Positions 1-9,392 of a DNA stretch of 64,000 nucleotides are shown in pieces. Numbering within the stretch: position 1 is the first letter of the stretch; each line of letters opens with the position of its first letter. Both the position numbers and the translations under genes were made by a program. The stretch comes from Promethearchaeota archaeon (lineage in GTDB: Archaea; Asgardarchaeota; Lokiarchaeia; Sigyniarchaeales; SOKP01): positions 192,001 through 256,000 of the forward strand of contig JALGVJ010000001.1 in NCBI GenBank assembly GCA_029838195.1. Direction: 5' to 3'. The notes beneath the pieces are model-generated. The model saw only the letters and a program-made list of their open reading frames with translations, was not told the origin of the DNA and did not search any database.

Positions 1-47
1 AATATTTTGAAGTAAATTAATAACCATCTTGTTAAAATTTTGATTAA

Positions 48-1448
48 TTATTCATTCCAAATTGATTTTATACTCCAAGCATCTATTTTTTTAAATTTCA
101 TGGCTCCGTTTTTAACTGCTATCATTAATTTGCTTTTTCTCCTAATTTTGAAAAAATACCGGGTGGTCAAACAATAAACATGATTAAAAAAAACTTCTAT
201 TACGGAATTATCGATAAATACGTGTAGCATATTCTCTTCTTTCTTGATATCATGAGGATCAATTGAACATTCATCCTCTCCACATTGAATTTTGTTAGAA
301 GCCAAATCCATGGTTAAAAAAACCTCCCGATTAGAAGTAATCAGTTCTGATAATTTTAATTGAAAACTTTCTTTACGAGGATTCTTAAATTGGATAATAA
401 GTTCAACGCATTTATCTTCTATTCTTTCTATAATAGTAAGGGAATTGGAATCGATCGTGATGTTCTCAAGGTGTACGTGTCGTTCTCTCAATTTTTCAAG
501 TTCCTTAACGGGTCTTATGAGGAGTCGATTATCACTACTTTCTCTCAATTCTCGAGGTAACGTTAAACATCCATTCCATCCCTTGATTTCTCCGCCTCCA
601 AAAATCCACCCCCACATCAATATTCTTCCGCTTGGCTCTTTCATCGTTGCAGGAGCATACATCCACTTACCATGATCTAAAAGGTGCCATTTTCCGTGCT
701 TGAAATCTTGATTTTTCCATGTTCCAATAGTATAAATAACCTTTTTCTTTGGAGATACGGAAACAATTAATACTCGCTTCTCCTTGCCTCCTAAGGAGAA
801 AAAATTCGGGCATTCCCAATTTTTTCCTGTTTCTCGAGAACCATCTCCAAGACAAAGTATTTTAATGAATTTCCAATGTATTAAGTCGGAAGAACTATAT
901 AATAAAACTACGGGCTTTTTTAATCTTTTTTTCTCTCTCACGTGCCCCGATAAAACCATGTACCATTGGTTTCCTTCTTTCCATGCATGAGGATCACGCC
1001 AATCCCAAATTTGTAGATTTCCGTGAATCTTTAACGTCATTGTAGGATTTTTTTCATGTTTGATCCACGACACCATATCATCCGTGCTAAATGCTAACCA
1101 TTGCTCGGCTCCCGTTAATTGGTCTCTCTGGTGTCCTATACTTGTATAAATGATAGTGGGGATATTGTCATTTAGCACGCACGTTCCGGAAAAACAATGT
1201 TCTTCCCCTTTCTTATGCGATGGTTTTAGAGCAATTGGTAAATGTTGCCAAAATACTAAATCTTTACTTTTAGCATGTCCCCAATGGATATTCCCCCATA
1301 TATCTCCTTCTGGATTATGCTGATAAAAAAGATGATATTCCTCTTTATAATAAATTGGACCATTTGGATCGTTGATCCAATTTGCTGGAGGAAGAAAATG
1401 ATATTTTGGACGGTGGGGATCTCTTGATAAAAGCTTGCTAACTTCCAT
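48..1448 (-). CDS. Glycoside hydrolase family 32 (beta-fructofuranosidase/sucrase-like), no signal peptide
   Basis: GH32 catalytic motifs WINDPNG, FSG, RDP and WECP; C-terminal beta-sandwich segment (LHVFIDNSVIEVF). Confidence 0.93.
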   Translation of the reverse strand: MEVSKLLSRDPHRPKYHFLPPANWINDPNGPIYYKEEYHLFYQHNPEGDIWGNIHWGHAKSKDLVFWQHLPIALKPSHKKGEEHCFSGTCVLNDNIPTIIYTSIGHQRDQLTGAEQWLAFSTDDMVSWIKHEKNPTMTLKIHGNLQIWDWRDPHAWKEGNQWYMVLSGHVREKKRLKKPVVLLYSSSDLIHWKFIKILCLGDGSRETGKNWECPNFFSLGGKEKRVLIVSVSPKKKVIYTIGTWKNQDFKHGKWHLLDHGKWMYAPATMKEPSGRILMWGWIFGGGEIKGWNGCLTLPRELRESSDNRLLIRPVKELEKLRERHVHLENITIDSNSLTIIERIEDKCVELIIQFKNPRKESFQLKLSELITSNREVFLTMDLASNKIQCGEDECSIDPHDIKKEENMLHVFIDNSVIEVFFNHVYCLTTRYFFKIRRKSKLMIAVKNGAMKFKKIDAWSIKSIWNE

Positions 1449-1494
1449 TTCTGATTTACCCGCACCTTATTTAACTTTAAAATGTTACCCCTCT

Positions 1495-2169
1495 CTACGA
1501 ATTAAATCCATATTTACCGAGTAAAGGGACAAATCTAACGCCTGTTATGCTTTTTGTTTCAAACTTATTACCTTTCTTTTTAATCACGTATAGATTTTGC
1601 CCAAAAGATTTAGAACCTGCCGGAATGCAAAGAATTCCTCCATCACGTAATTGTTCTTTCAGGGGTTTTGGAATCTTTGAAGGAGAAGCTGCTGTCACGA
1701 GAATTTTATCATATGGTGCTTTTTCTGGATATCCCAATGTACCATCTCCGTGAATGACCGTGATTCTATCCTCATACCCAGCTAATTGAATATTTTTTAT
1801 AGCGGTTTCTGCTAAACTTTTAATACGTTCAACCGAAAAAATATGTCCCCTCTGTTCCGAATTTTCGGGTGCAATGATCTCAGCACATAAGGCCGCATGA
1901 TACCCCGAACCCGTTCCCACTTCTAATAAAATATCTCCGGGCTTTAATTCCAAGTATTCGCACATCATGGCATTCATGTGTGGTGCGCTAATAGTTTGTC
2001 CAGCTCCTATGCTTAATGGAGTATCCATGTATGCGGAAGAACGCGCATCTTCTGGAACAAACAGCTCTCGTGGTATCTTTCGCATGGCATTAATGACAGC
2101 AGGAGTTTTCAAGATTCCCCTTTTGATTAGATTATCCACTAAACGGTTTCTCTTTTCTTCAAAATTCAT
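1495..2169 (-). CDS. pcm: Protein-L-isoaspartate O-methyltransferase
   Basis: GQTISAPHM, LEVGTGSGY, GDGTLGYPEKAPYDKILVTAA, VRFVPL. Confidence 0.96.
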   Translation of the reverse strand: MNFEEKRNRLVDNLIKRGILKTPAVINAMRKIPRELFVPEDARSSAYMDTPLSIGAGQTISAPHMNAMMCEYLELKPGDILLEVGTGSGYHAALCAEIIAPENSEQRGHIFSVERIKSLAETAIKNIQLAGYEDRITVIHGDGTLGYPEKAPYDKILVTAASPSKIPKPLKEQLRDGGILCIPAGSKSFGQNLYVIKKKGNKFETKSITGVRFVPLLGKYGFNS

Positions 2170-2513
2170 GATTAATGGTCGTAAACAAACTATATCGATA
2201 AAACGTATAAAAACATTTTTTCGTGTGTTTATAATTATAAAAACTTTATCGTTATTTAAAAATCGAGCCTTGAGAATTCTTTAAATTCCTTTTAAATAAA
2301 ATCATTAAAAGATATTAAAAGTATAAAGATTAGATATTATTTCTATTGTTTTTAAGAAGCAATTTAAAAAAATCAAAAAAAATATATTTTCAAGAAGCTT
2401 TTTCATGTTCTTTTCTTAATAAAAGAGTATATTAGGAAAAAATTGAAAGAAAAAAGAATAAAGAAAATTCCGTCGAAAAAAGAGCGTCTAAACGAATTCC
2501 AGAAAAAATACTT

Positions 2514-4001
2514 TTATTTAGTAGCTTTCAACTCTTTTAATATTATTCCAAGAGTAATAATGAAAACGGCCATGGTCGATATAATCCAAATCAATTTATA
2601 GGATTCCAAGCGTATGGAGATGATGGGCGTTTCTAATTCGTAAAATTCATGGGGGGCATTTGTCTTAACCCACGTCACTCCTAAGCACCATAATTCGCAG
2701 AATCTCTCTACTGAATCAATCGTGTATACCATGACGGGAAAATCTTGTTGATAAAAAATTCGATATTCCTCATTCGTGTAGGCGTCTCCTGTATTGATGT
2801 ATTCATATCCCGTTAATACATCCATGGCATCTTTATACATGAGCATGTTCATTATTTTTTCGTTTTTAGTTGGAATCATTATCTTACTTAGATTAATTCC
2901 TGAACGAAGGGTAGTGTCCAAAATGATTTCAAAATACTCGTCGTGATAAGGATGGTCGTTGGAGGGAGATTTCATATCAAAATCGAGATAAATATCGTGA
3001 TTTTTCGTAAATTTCAAAACTTCTGCCAAAGTGGGTATTTTTACACCCCTATATGATTCGGCTTGTTCGGGAGATATGATACCAGCGGCAATGACACCGA
3101 AAGGATCTTTATCCACGAACCAAGAACCTGCATCTAATTGCTTGAGTTCCGAAATGGTGAAATTCTCAGCAGGTTCACTAACTCTATCGGGAAAAACATC
3201 CCGAATATTTGTTGTTCTCGTAAGAGTATCATCGTGCATCAAAAAGGGAACGCCATCCTTGCTGATTTGAATATCCACTTCCCAACCCACGATACCGAAT
3301 TGAAGGGCTACTTCCGCCGCGATAAGAGTGTTTTCTGGGCCTAAAGAAGCCCCTCCTCGATGTGCAATTAAATCTGGTTTTGGAGGCAAATCGCCTTCGT
3401 GGACATTTGCCGGGATATAAAAAAAGGGTGTGGCAAAGGCAAATCCATATCCGATTAAAATACACGTGATTATAATAATGCTCTTTCCTTTGGCACGAAT
3501 GATTTTATTCGAGAGATTGGCTTTTAAATGAGGTATATTTTTAAGAAGAGGGTACACCAATAAAATAAGAATTATCTGTATGGTTAGAAAAATAAAAATG
3601 CTATAAAATTCAAAATATTGAGGAATTAATCGAGAATAGCTTCCTAACTCATCAAGGAGAAAAGAGATGAGAATATTAAAAATTAACATCAAGACGAAAG
3701 GAATGAGCTTATACATCCTTGAAAGGATGAGTTCATTTCCCTTTAGTAATTTCTTGAAACTAAAGATTAAAAATATTAAGGAATAGAGCAACGGTATCGT
3801 GAAGAGAAAATATAAAAATAAGATTAGATTAAAATTAAAACCCCACCAATCAGAGACCGTTGTGTTGATTTCTCCCCAATAAGGTCTTAAAATCCATAAA
3901 AATAACAAAAATACGCCAAAATTAATCACACAAGCAAGATAAATGATAATCCATTTTTTTCCTTTTTTATTTTTTAATTTTTCAATCAGCACGATAAACA
4001 C
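2514..4001 (-). CDS. Membrane glycerophosphodiester phosphodiesterase, GDE2/GDE3/GDE6 (GDPD5/GDPD2/GDPD4)-like six-TM architecture
   Basis: AHRG..PENT, EVD, PFLMHD..L.RTTN GDPD motifs; 5 hydrophobic helices before and 1 after the catalytic domain. The GTG at 4001 lies inside a GAGGTG SD, so the true start may be GTG 3992. Confidence 0.88.
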   Translation of the reverse strand: MFIVLIEKLKNKKGKKWIIIYLACVINFGVFLLFLWILRPYWGEINTTVSDWWGFNFNLILFLYFLFTIPLLYSLIFLIFSFKKLLKGNELILSRMYKLIPFVLMLIFNILISFLLDELGSYSRLIPQYFEFYSIFIFLTIQIILILLVYPLLKNIPHLKANLSNKIIRAKGKSIIIITCILIGYGFAFATPFFYIPANVHEGDLPPKPDLIAHRGGASLGPENTLIAAEVALQFGIVGWEVDIQISKDGVPFLMHDDTLTRTTNIRDVFPDRVSEPAENFTISELKQLDAGSWFVDKDPFGVIAAGIISPEQAESYRGVKIPTLAEVLKFTKNHDIYLDFDMKSPSNDHPYHDEYFEIILDTTLRSGINLSKIMIPTKNEKIMNMLMYKDAMDVLTGYEYINTGDAYTNEEYRIFYQQDFPVMVYTIDSVERFCELWCLGVTWVKTNAPHEFYELETPIISIRLESYKLIWIISTMAVFIITLGIILKELKATK

Positions 4002-4026
4002 CTCTATTTTAATTCATGCGTGTTTT

Positions 4027-6072
4027 TTAATTAAATTTTGTAATGACGGCACAATGATCCGAAGCTATAGAACAATAAACGTGACTCGATTTTGCGTTCA
4101 TGTCAGGGGAACATAGAATATAATCGATTCTTTTTCTCGGGATAAAATTCTCATCAAAATGCCCGGTATAGCCCGCATTGCGTGCAGTATCTATAAAATT
4201 CATGGGTGAAGCTTTAATTAATTGATATTCCTCTGAGGTGGGTTCAAAGTTAAAATCTCCTAACCAGATCAGTTTGTTTTTATCTTTTTCTTGCTCGATC
4301 ACGGAAAGGATATAAGGAACTTGCACCAATCGATCTTGATGGTTCGTAGAGAGATGCGTAATGAATAATGTCCAGATTTCATTGCCGATTATGATTTTTG
4401 CTTTTATCATGGATCTAGGCTCTGTAGATTCTTTAGCTTGGGGGAGATGAATGATCTCAGCGGAACTGATGGGATATTTACTCAATAATGCATTACCATA
4501 ATGCTTGTAAAATGTATAACCATAAAAATAATACATGTCAAGATGATGAGCGAAATAGGAGGTTAAATCAACAAAAGATGTTTTCAAGGCTCCTAAATCT
4601 ACTTCATTCAATCCAAGAATGTCCGGATCGTTTTGTTTGATTTCTTCAGCAATTCTTTCCGGATCAAACACATCATCCACTCCAATTGCATTGTGGATGT
4701 TCCATGTCATTACAATTGGGTGCTCTCTTGGTGTGGATTCCGGAATCCTTTGAATGAGAAGACTCCCAAAAGAACCAATTAAGATAATAAAAATTATCAC
4801 GTATAAAACTTTAATGGGCATTTTCCAGTTCCAATTCAATAATTTTCGATTTAAATTTACCCGTAAATTCTTTCCCTCCATTAGGAAAATGAGGAAAGTC
4901 CCAATTAGCGAAAGGATGAATATATTATTTATCAAGAGAGATAGATATTCATACCACAAGAATTGGACTTGTAAAATGATGAAAAAGAAATTCGTAAAGA
5001 AAAAAATGACCAATCCATGATATAACTTTCTTCTATTCTGAAAAGAATAAAAAATAAAACAGTAGAAAAAGTAAATCACGAGCGAAAAAATATTAACAAT
5101 CTCCAAAATCGTTAAATAAAAGGTCGATACTCCAGGAATTGGCTCATTTTCTAAAATAAAAATCGCTAATAGATTTAAAATAAAAGATGCCCCTATAAAT
5201 GTGAATATTAGCTTTTTTAGAAACGATTGGGACTTAGTATTCATTATTTCATGAATAACATAGCTCCCTATAAATATCACGGCCGTAATGAGGAGAATAT
5301 AATATGTAAATCCATAAGAAATCCAATTTAATTTACCATTCGGAAGCAGATTGTTATAACTACGATCCAACACGTCATATGCCGAAATAGCCATGGGATT
5401 AAAAACCCAAGTTAAAATGAGCAGAAATAAAATTCCGAAAATAATGAAATGAACTAGGGAGATTTCTTGCCCTTTCCTTTCTTCCTTCTCAATGCTCTCC
5501 ATCCCTCGCTCTAGATCTTCTAATTTCTTAGGCGAAAACATGCTCCAATTCATGTACAATAAAAAACCTGAGAAAATAATAATTGGCATGATTTTTATGG
5601 AATCGAACGTCAAACTTAAAGATGCGTTTGCCATTAAAAAAACTAATTGAATACTCGCACCCACGCATCCTCCAAAAAGTAATGTTGAAAAGCCTCCCCC
5701 ATTCGCTCCCAATTCCATCAAATACATTAATTCAATGATGACTAATACAGAACTAAAAAATAAGATAAAATTGAAAATCATGAGTAAGGAAGAAATCATG
5801 AGAAATTGGACCACAATTCGAGAAATTACTACAAGATATATCAAAACATGGATTTTTAATCGAAAATTAAAAAAATTTTTGTAAAAAATCACCAGTTCCA
5901 AGATGATGCTAATAACTATAATAATAATCGTGGGTAAAATCGTGCCGATTCTACTTAAATTCATGAAAACATGTGCATTCGTATTTACCATGATATTGCT
6001 AAACGATTCCATGATGAAATAGAAAAGAATCGCTTGAAATAATAAAATCCGCACTTTTTTTTCCACGATCAT
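4027..6072 (-). CDS. Polytopic membrane protein with C-terminal EEP (endonuclease/exonuclease/phosphatase) domain, Cwh43/PGAP2IP-like
   Basis: About 12 hydrophobic helices, then MTWNIH, DILGLNEVD, YGNALLSKYPI, THL, LGDFN, RIDYI, SDH. Confidence 0.85.
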   Translation of the reverse strand: MIVEKKVRILLFQAILFYFIMESFSNIMVNTNAHVFMNLSRIGTILPTIIIIVISIILELVIFYKNFFNFRLKIHVLIYLVVISRIVVQFLMISSLLMIFNFILFFSSVLVIIELMYLMELGANGGGFSTLLFGGCVGASIQLVFLMANASLSLTFDSIKIMPIIIFSGFLLYMNWSMFSPKKLEDLERGMESIEKEERKGQEISLVHFIIFGILFLLILTWVFNPMAISAYDVLDRSYNNLLPNGKLNWISYGFTYYILLITAVIFIGSYVIHEIMNTKSQSFLKKLIFTFIGASFILNLLAIFILENEPIPGVSTFYLTILEIVNIFSLVIYFFYCFIFYSFQNRRKLYHGLVIFFFTNFFFIILQVQFLWYEYLSLLINNIFILSLIGTFLIFLMEGKNLRVNLNRKLLNWNWKMPIKVLYVIIFIILIGSFGSLLIQRIPESTPREHPIVMTWNIHNAIGVDDVFDPERIAEEIKQNDPDILGLNEVDLGALKTSFVDLTSYFAHHLDMYYFYGYTFYKHYGNALLSKYPISSAEIIHLPQAKESTEPRSMIKAKIIIGNEIWTLFITHLSTNHQDRLVQVPYILSVIEQEKDKNKLIWLGDFNFEPTSEEYQLIKASPMNFIDTARNAGYTGHFDENFIPRKRIDYILCSPDMNAKSSHVYCSIASDHCAVITKFN

Positions 6073-6273
6073 TTTTCGTCATTCCATCGCATTATTTTCA
6101 ATAATTATTAATTCGTTAAAGAACTATATAATCCTTTCGTCTCTTCTCTTGATATTGTTAATCTCAAAATACCCAAAGCATTTTCTAATCCTTCCTTTTT
6201 CACGTGAAAAAGATATATGGAATGAATGATTTATAAAAAAAATAAAATAAATTTAAACCCCGTGAGGTGAACC

Positions 6274-6846
6274 ATGATAAAAGTCGTTTTATTTAACGGA
6301 AGCCCAAGAGCTAAAGGAAATACCTTTCAAGCTCTGGAAATCGTACGCAAGGAATTAGAAGCAGAAGGTATTGAATGTGAATACATTTGGCTTGGAAAAG
6401 AACCATTATTGCCCTGTAAGGCTTGTTTTAGATGTGCAGGAAAAAAGAAATGTAGCCAAGAAGATGACAAGTTGAATGAATACGTGAATAAAATAATAGG
6501 AGCGGATGGAATAATTATCGGAAGCCCTACTTATTTTGCCAATGTGTCGTCTACCGTGAAGGCATTTATTGACCGCGCAGGTATGGTTTCCAAAATGAAT
6601 GGAGATCTTTATAAATACAAAGTAGGTGCTGCTGTTGTCGCCGTACGTCGCCAAGGGGCTACCCATGTTTTCTCTAGCATTAATTTTTTCTTCCTAATTG
6701 CCCAAATGGTCGTGGTAGGATCTTCCTATTGGAATTTGGGAATAGGACTTGCGCCGGGAGATATTCAAAAAGATAAGGAAGGTATTGAGACTTTTAAGAA
6801 TCTGGGAGTGAACATGGCATACGTGTTGAAAAAATTGAAGAGTTAA
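6274..6846 (+). CDS. Iron-sulfur flavoprotein (Isf / NADPH-dependent FMN reductase-like family), copy 1
   Basis: GSPR..GNT, Cx2Cx2Cx5C cluster motif, GSPTYF; preceded by SD GAGGTGA. Confidence 0.92.
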   Translation: MIKVVLFNGSPRAKGNTFQALEIVRKELEAEGIECEYIWLGKEPLLPCKACFRCAGKKKCSQEDDKLNEYVNKIIGADGIIIGSPTYFANVSSTVKAFIDRAGMVSKMNGDLYKYKVGAAVVAVRRQGATHVFSSINFFFLIAQMVVVGSSYWNLGIGLAPGDIQKDKEGIETFKNLGVNMAYVLKKLKS

Positions 6847-7023
6847 ATCAAACATCCGCTCTTTCCATTTCTATCTATTTTTTTCCACGTGGAAAAAACC
6901 AAACATTCATTATCTTTTCTTTCCTATCATGTTTATCGGGAAATAGAACTTTATCTTTTCTTGAATTTAATTCTATAATTTATTAGAAAAGTTCTATAAA
7001 AATGAAAAGAAAATATTAATATA

Positions 7024-7599
7024 ATGGCTCTAAAAGTAATCCTTTTTAATGGAAGCTCGAGAAAAGAGGGAAATACCTATTATTGTTTAAAAATCGTGAG
7101 TGACGAATTAGAAGCAGAAGGAATCGAAACGGAGCTTATTTGGTTAGGAGAACAGCCAATTCTTCCTTGTAAGGCGTGTTATAATTGTAAAGGTAAAAAA
7201 AAATGTATTCAAGATGATGACAAGTTAAATGAATACATTAAGAAGATTTTACAAGCTGATGGGGTAATTATTGGAAGTCCGACTTATTTCGCTGATGTTT
7301 CATCTACCGTAAAAGCTTTCATCGACCGAGCAGGATTAGTCTCGAGAATGAATGGAGATCTTTATAAACATAAGGTTGGGGCAGCTGTAATTGCCGTCAG
7401 AAGAGCGGGGGCATTGCATGCTTTTTCTTCTATTAATTTTTTCTTTTTAGTGGCGCAAATGATCGTCGTGGGCTCGTCATACTGGAATTTAGGTATTGGA
7501 AGGAAACCAGGCGAAGTATTGAATGATCAAGAGGGCGTGGACACCTTTAGGACTCTTGGAAAGAATTTTAGTCGAGTTCTCAAGAAATTAAATTCATAA
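7024..7599 (+). CDS. Iron-sulfur flavoprotein (Isf family), copy 2
   Basis: Same motifs as 6274..6846 and visibly high identity to it. Confidence 0.92.
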   Translation: MALKVILFNGSSRKEGNTYYCLKIVSDELEAEGIETELIWLGEQPILPCKACYNCKGKKKCIQDDDKLNEYIKKILQADGVIIGSPTYFADVSSTVKAFIDRAGLVSRMNGDLYKHKVGAAVIAVRRAGALHAFSSINFFFLVAQMIVVGSSYWNLGIGRKPGEVLNDQEGVDTFRTLGKNFSRVLKKLNS

Positions 7600-7674
7600 A
7601 CGATTTTTTTTTCTCTTTTGAATTATTTTTAAAAATAAATAACTAAAGTAAAACAATTATAAAGGAACAAGAAA

Positions 7675-8076
7675 TTGTTCGGTCGACCACGCTCTCTCGT
7701 GCTTTTATTGAAAATAGGAGGGATTGTTGAGATAATAATAGGTGGGTTGTTTCTTTTCTTATATTATTATCTCATTTGGGTTGAATATTCTCTCTTAAAC
7801 ATGATTGTTGTCATCGCTGGTGCGTTTTTATTAGGATACGGCATATTATTAATATATTCCGTGAAAAATATCCAAAAATTAAAGGTTATTCCGATACTTA
7901 ATGTATTTTTAAGAATTCTCGTTATAATTTCGCTCATCGTTCAATTATTTGTTTCTAGTGAGTTTCAAGCTTTTTTTAGTGGAAGCAATATAATTTTTTT
8001 ATTAATTCCCATTCTTTATGATCTTATTTGGTCGTTCTTAGTACTTTATTTCATGAGGAGGGTGGGGTTGCTTTAA
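7675..8076 (+). CDS. Small four-TM membrane protein, function unknown
   Basis: Four hydrophobic segments; fills the gap between neighbouring genes; TTG start uncertain. Confidence 0.65.
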   Translation: MFGRPRSLVLLLKIGGIVEIIIGGLFLFLYYYLIWVEYSLLNMIVVIAGAFLLGYGILLIYSVKNIQKLKVIPILNVFLRILVIISLIVQLFVSSEFQAFFSGSNIIFLLIPILYDLIWSFLVLYFMRRVGLL

Positions 8077-8107
8077 TGCTCTCATGGGGAGGCAACCACT
8101 AGAAAAG

Positions 8108-9355
8108 CTAACTTTTTGACTTAGAATAGAGGATGTCTAATTCTTTTTTAATTTGTTGAGCGATGGCTTTTGCTAAAAGAGGTGGAACTGCATTCCCAAT
8201 TTGTTTTAAGATAGAACTTTTTGTTCCCTTGAAAATAAAAGCATCATCAAAGGATTGGAGGGCTGCTAATTCGCGAGGCGTACATGTACGATCGAATTTA
8301 TAATGAACAAATACACCTCCATGGTTTTCTTTTACGGTTTTAGCCGGTTTAGTCGGGTCAAGCCTGCGCCAAGCATCACTATAATTTTTATAAACAGTTT
8401 CTCCAATAGGCGTTTCATGTAATTTTTGAATAAATTTCTTCGAATGTTTCGTGAATACATGGCTTAATTTTACATTTTCTGGCCACGTTTCATACTTTTT
8501 TAGAACATCTCCTGCAGTTTTCCAAGAATTTGGCGGAATTGAAGATTTCTTGGAAAAAGGAGCTGAATCGCAATCCTCCAAGCCCCTGGGCGGAGAACTT
8601 TCATGATGGGTTGGAGCTGGAAAGTGTATCAGCGTATTTTTATGTCGGGTCCCCAAGAATATTATTCTTTCTCTGGTTTGCGGCACGCCATAATCCGCAG
8701 CATTCAATACTTTCCATTCGACTTTATACTTGATTTCTTTTATTTTTGACAAAATGATATTTAAAAGGGGCATGAGACGTTTATCAATTTCTTGCTTGAG
8801 CTCCTTTACTTGCTTCCTTAAAGAGAAATATTCTTGTTCTTCTGCCGGATCCAATCTTCTTTGGGCTCGATATCTCTTCAAATCTTTAAATCGTTGAAGT
8901 TGTTGACAGTGGATTTTAAATTGTTGTAATTTTGGCCGTGACAGCTTCGGATCCACGTGTTTCATGTGGAGTAAACCTTTAACATTTTCCATGACGAAAA
9001 AATCAGGCTGCAAATGAGCAATAATGTCAAGAAAATCGACGTATAATCGTCCACGAGGATCATCGGGATTTCTATTACCCGAAATCGAATAAGCTTGACA
9101 AGGGGGTCCACCAATTATTACGTGAATCTTTTTATTTTTAACCCGATCGTATAATTCTTGCTTGATTTCAGGTAAGGTGATGTCTCCTTCAATTAATTGA
9201 GTAGTAACATGATTATATTTATAGGTTTCGATAGCAGGCTTCCAAAATTCATTGGCAGCAACAATATCAAAACCTGCCGCTAAAAATCCTTGACTAAACC
9301 CTCCACATCCCGCAAATAAATCGATTACATTATATTTGGTTTCAGAATGGATTAT
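8108..9355 (-). CDS. DNA (cytosine-5)-methyltransferase; extends about 114 codons upstream of the ORF-track start
   Basis: The frame stays open upstream of 9013 through motif IV (GGPPCQ) and motif I (IDLFAGCGG); ENV, QTRER, TPRELAALQSF and QIGNAVPP follow. No ATG/GTG/TTG lies upstream of motif I, so an ATA start at 9355 is proposed. Confidence 0.92.
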   Translation of the reverse strand: MIHSETKYNVIDLFAGCGGFSQGFLAAGFDIVAANEFWKPAIETYKYNHVTTQLIEGDITLPEIKQELYDRVKNKKIHVIIGGPPCQAYSISGNRNPDDPRGRLYVDFLDIIAHLQPDFFVMENVKGLLHMKHVDPKLSRPKLQQFKIHCQQLQRFKDLKRYRAQRRLDPAEEQEYFSLRKQVKELKQEIDKRLMPLLNIILSKIKEIKYKVEWKVLNAADYGVPQTRERIIFLGTRHKNTLIHFPAPTHHESSPPRGLEDCDSAPFSKKSSIPPNSWKTAGDVLKKYETWPENVKLSHVFTKHSKKFIQKLHETPIGETVYKNYSDAWRRLDPTKPAKTVKENHGGVFVHYKFDRTCTPRELAALQSFDDAFIFKGTKSSILKQIGNAVPPLLAKAIAQQIKKELDILYSKSKS

Positions 9356-9392
9356 TCTTCACCCAATTTTTCTCATGAAATTATTATTGGCA

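Noticed and set aside
9359-9361. In-frame TGA as selenocysteine or readthrough in the C5-methyltransferase
   Set aside because: It falls in a non-conserved N-terminal position, forms part of a GGTGA SD, and I could not identify a SECIS; an ATA start is simpler
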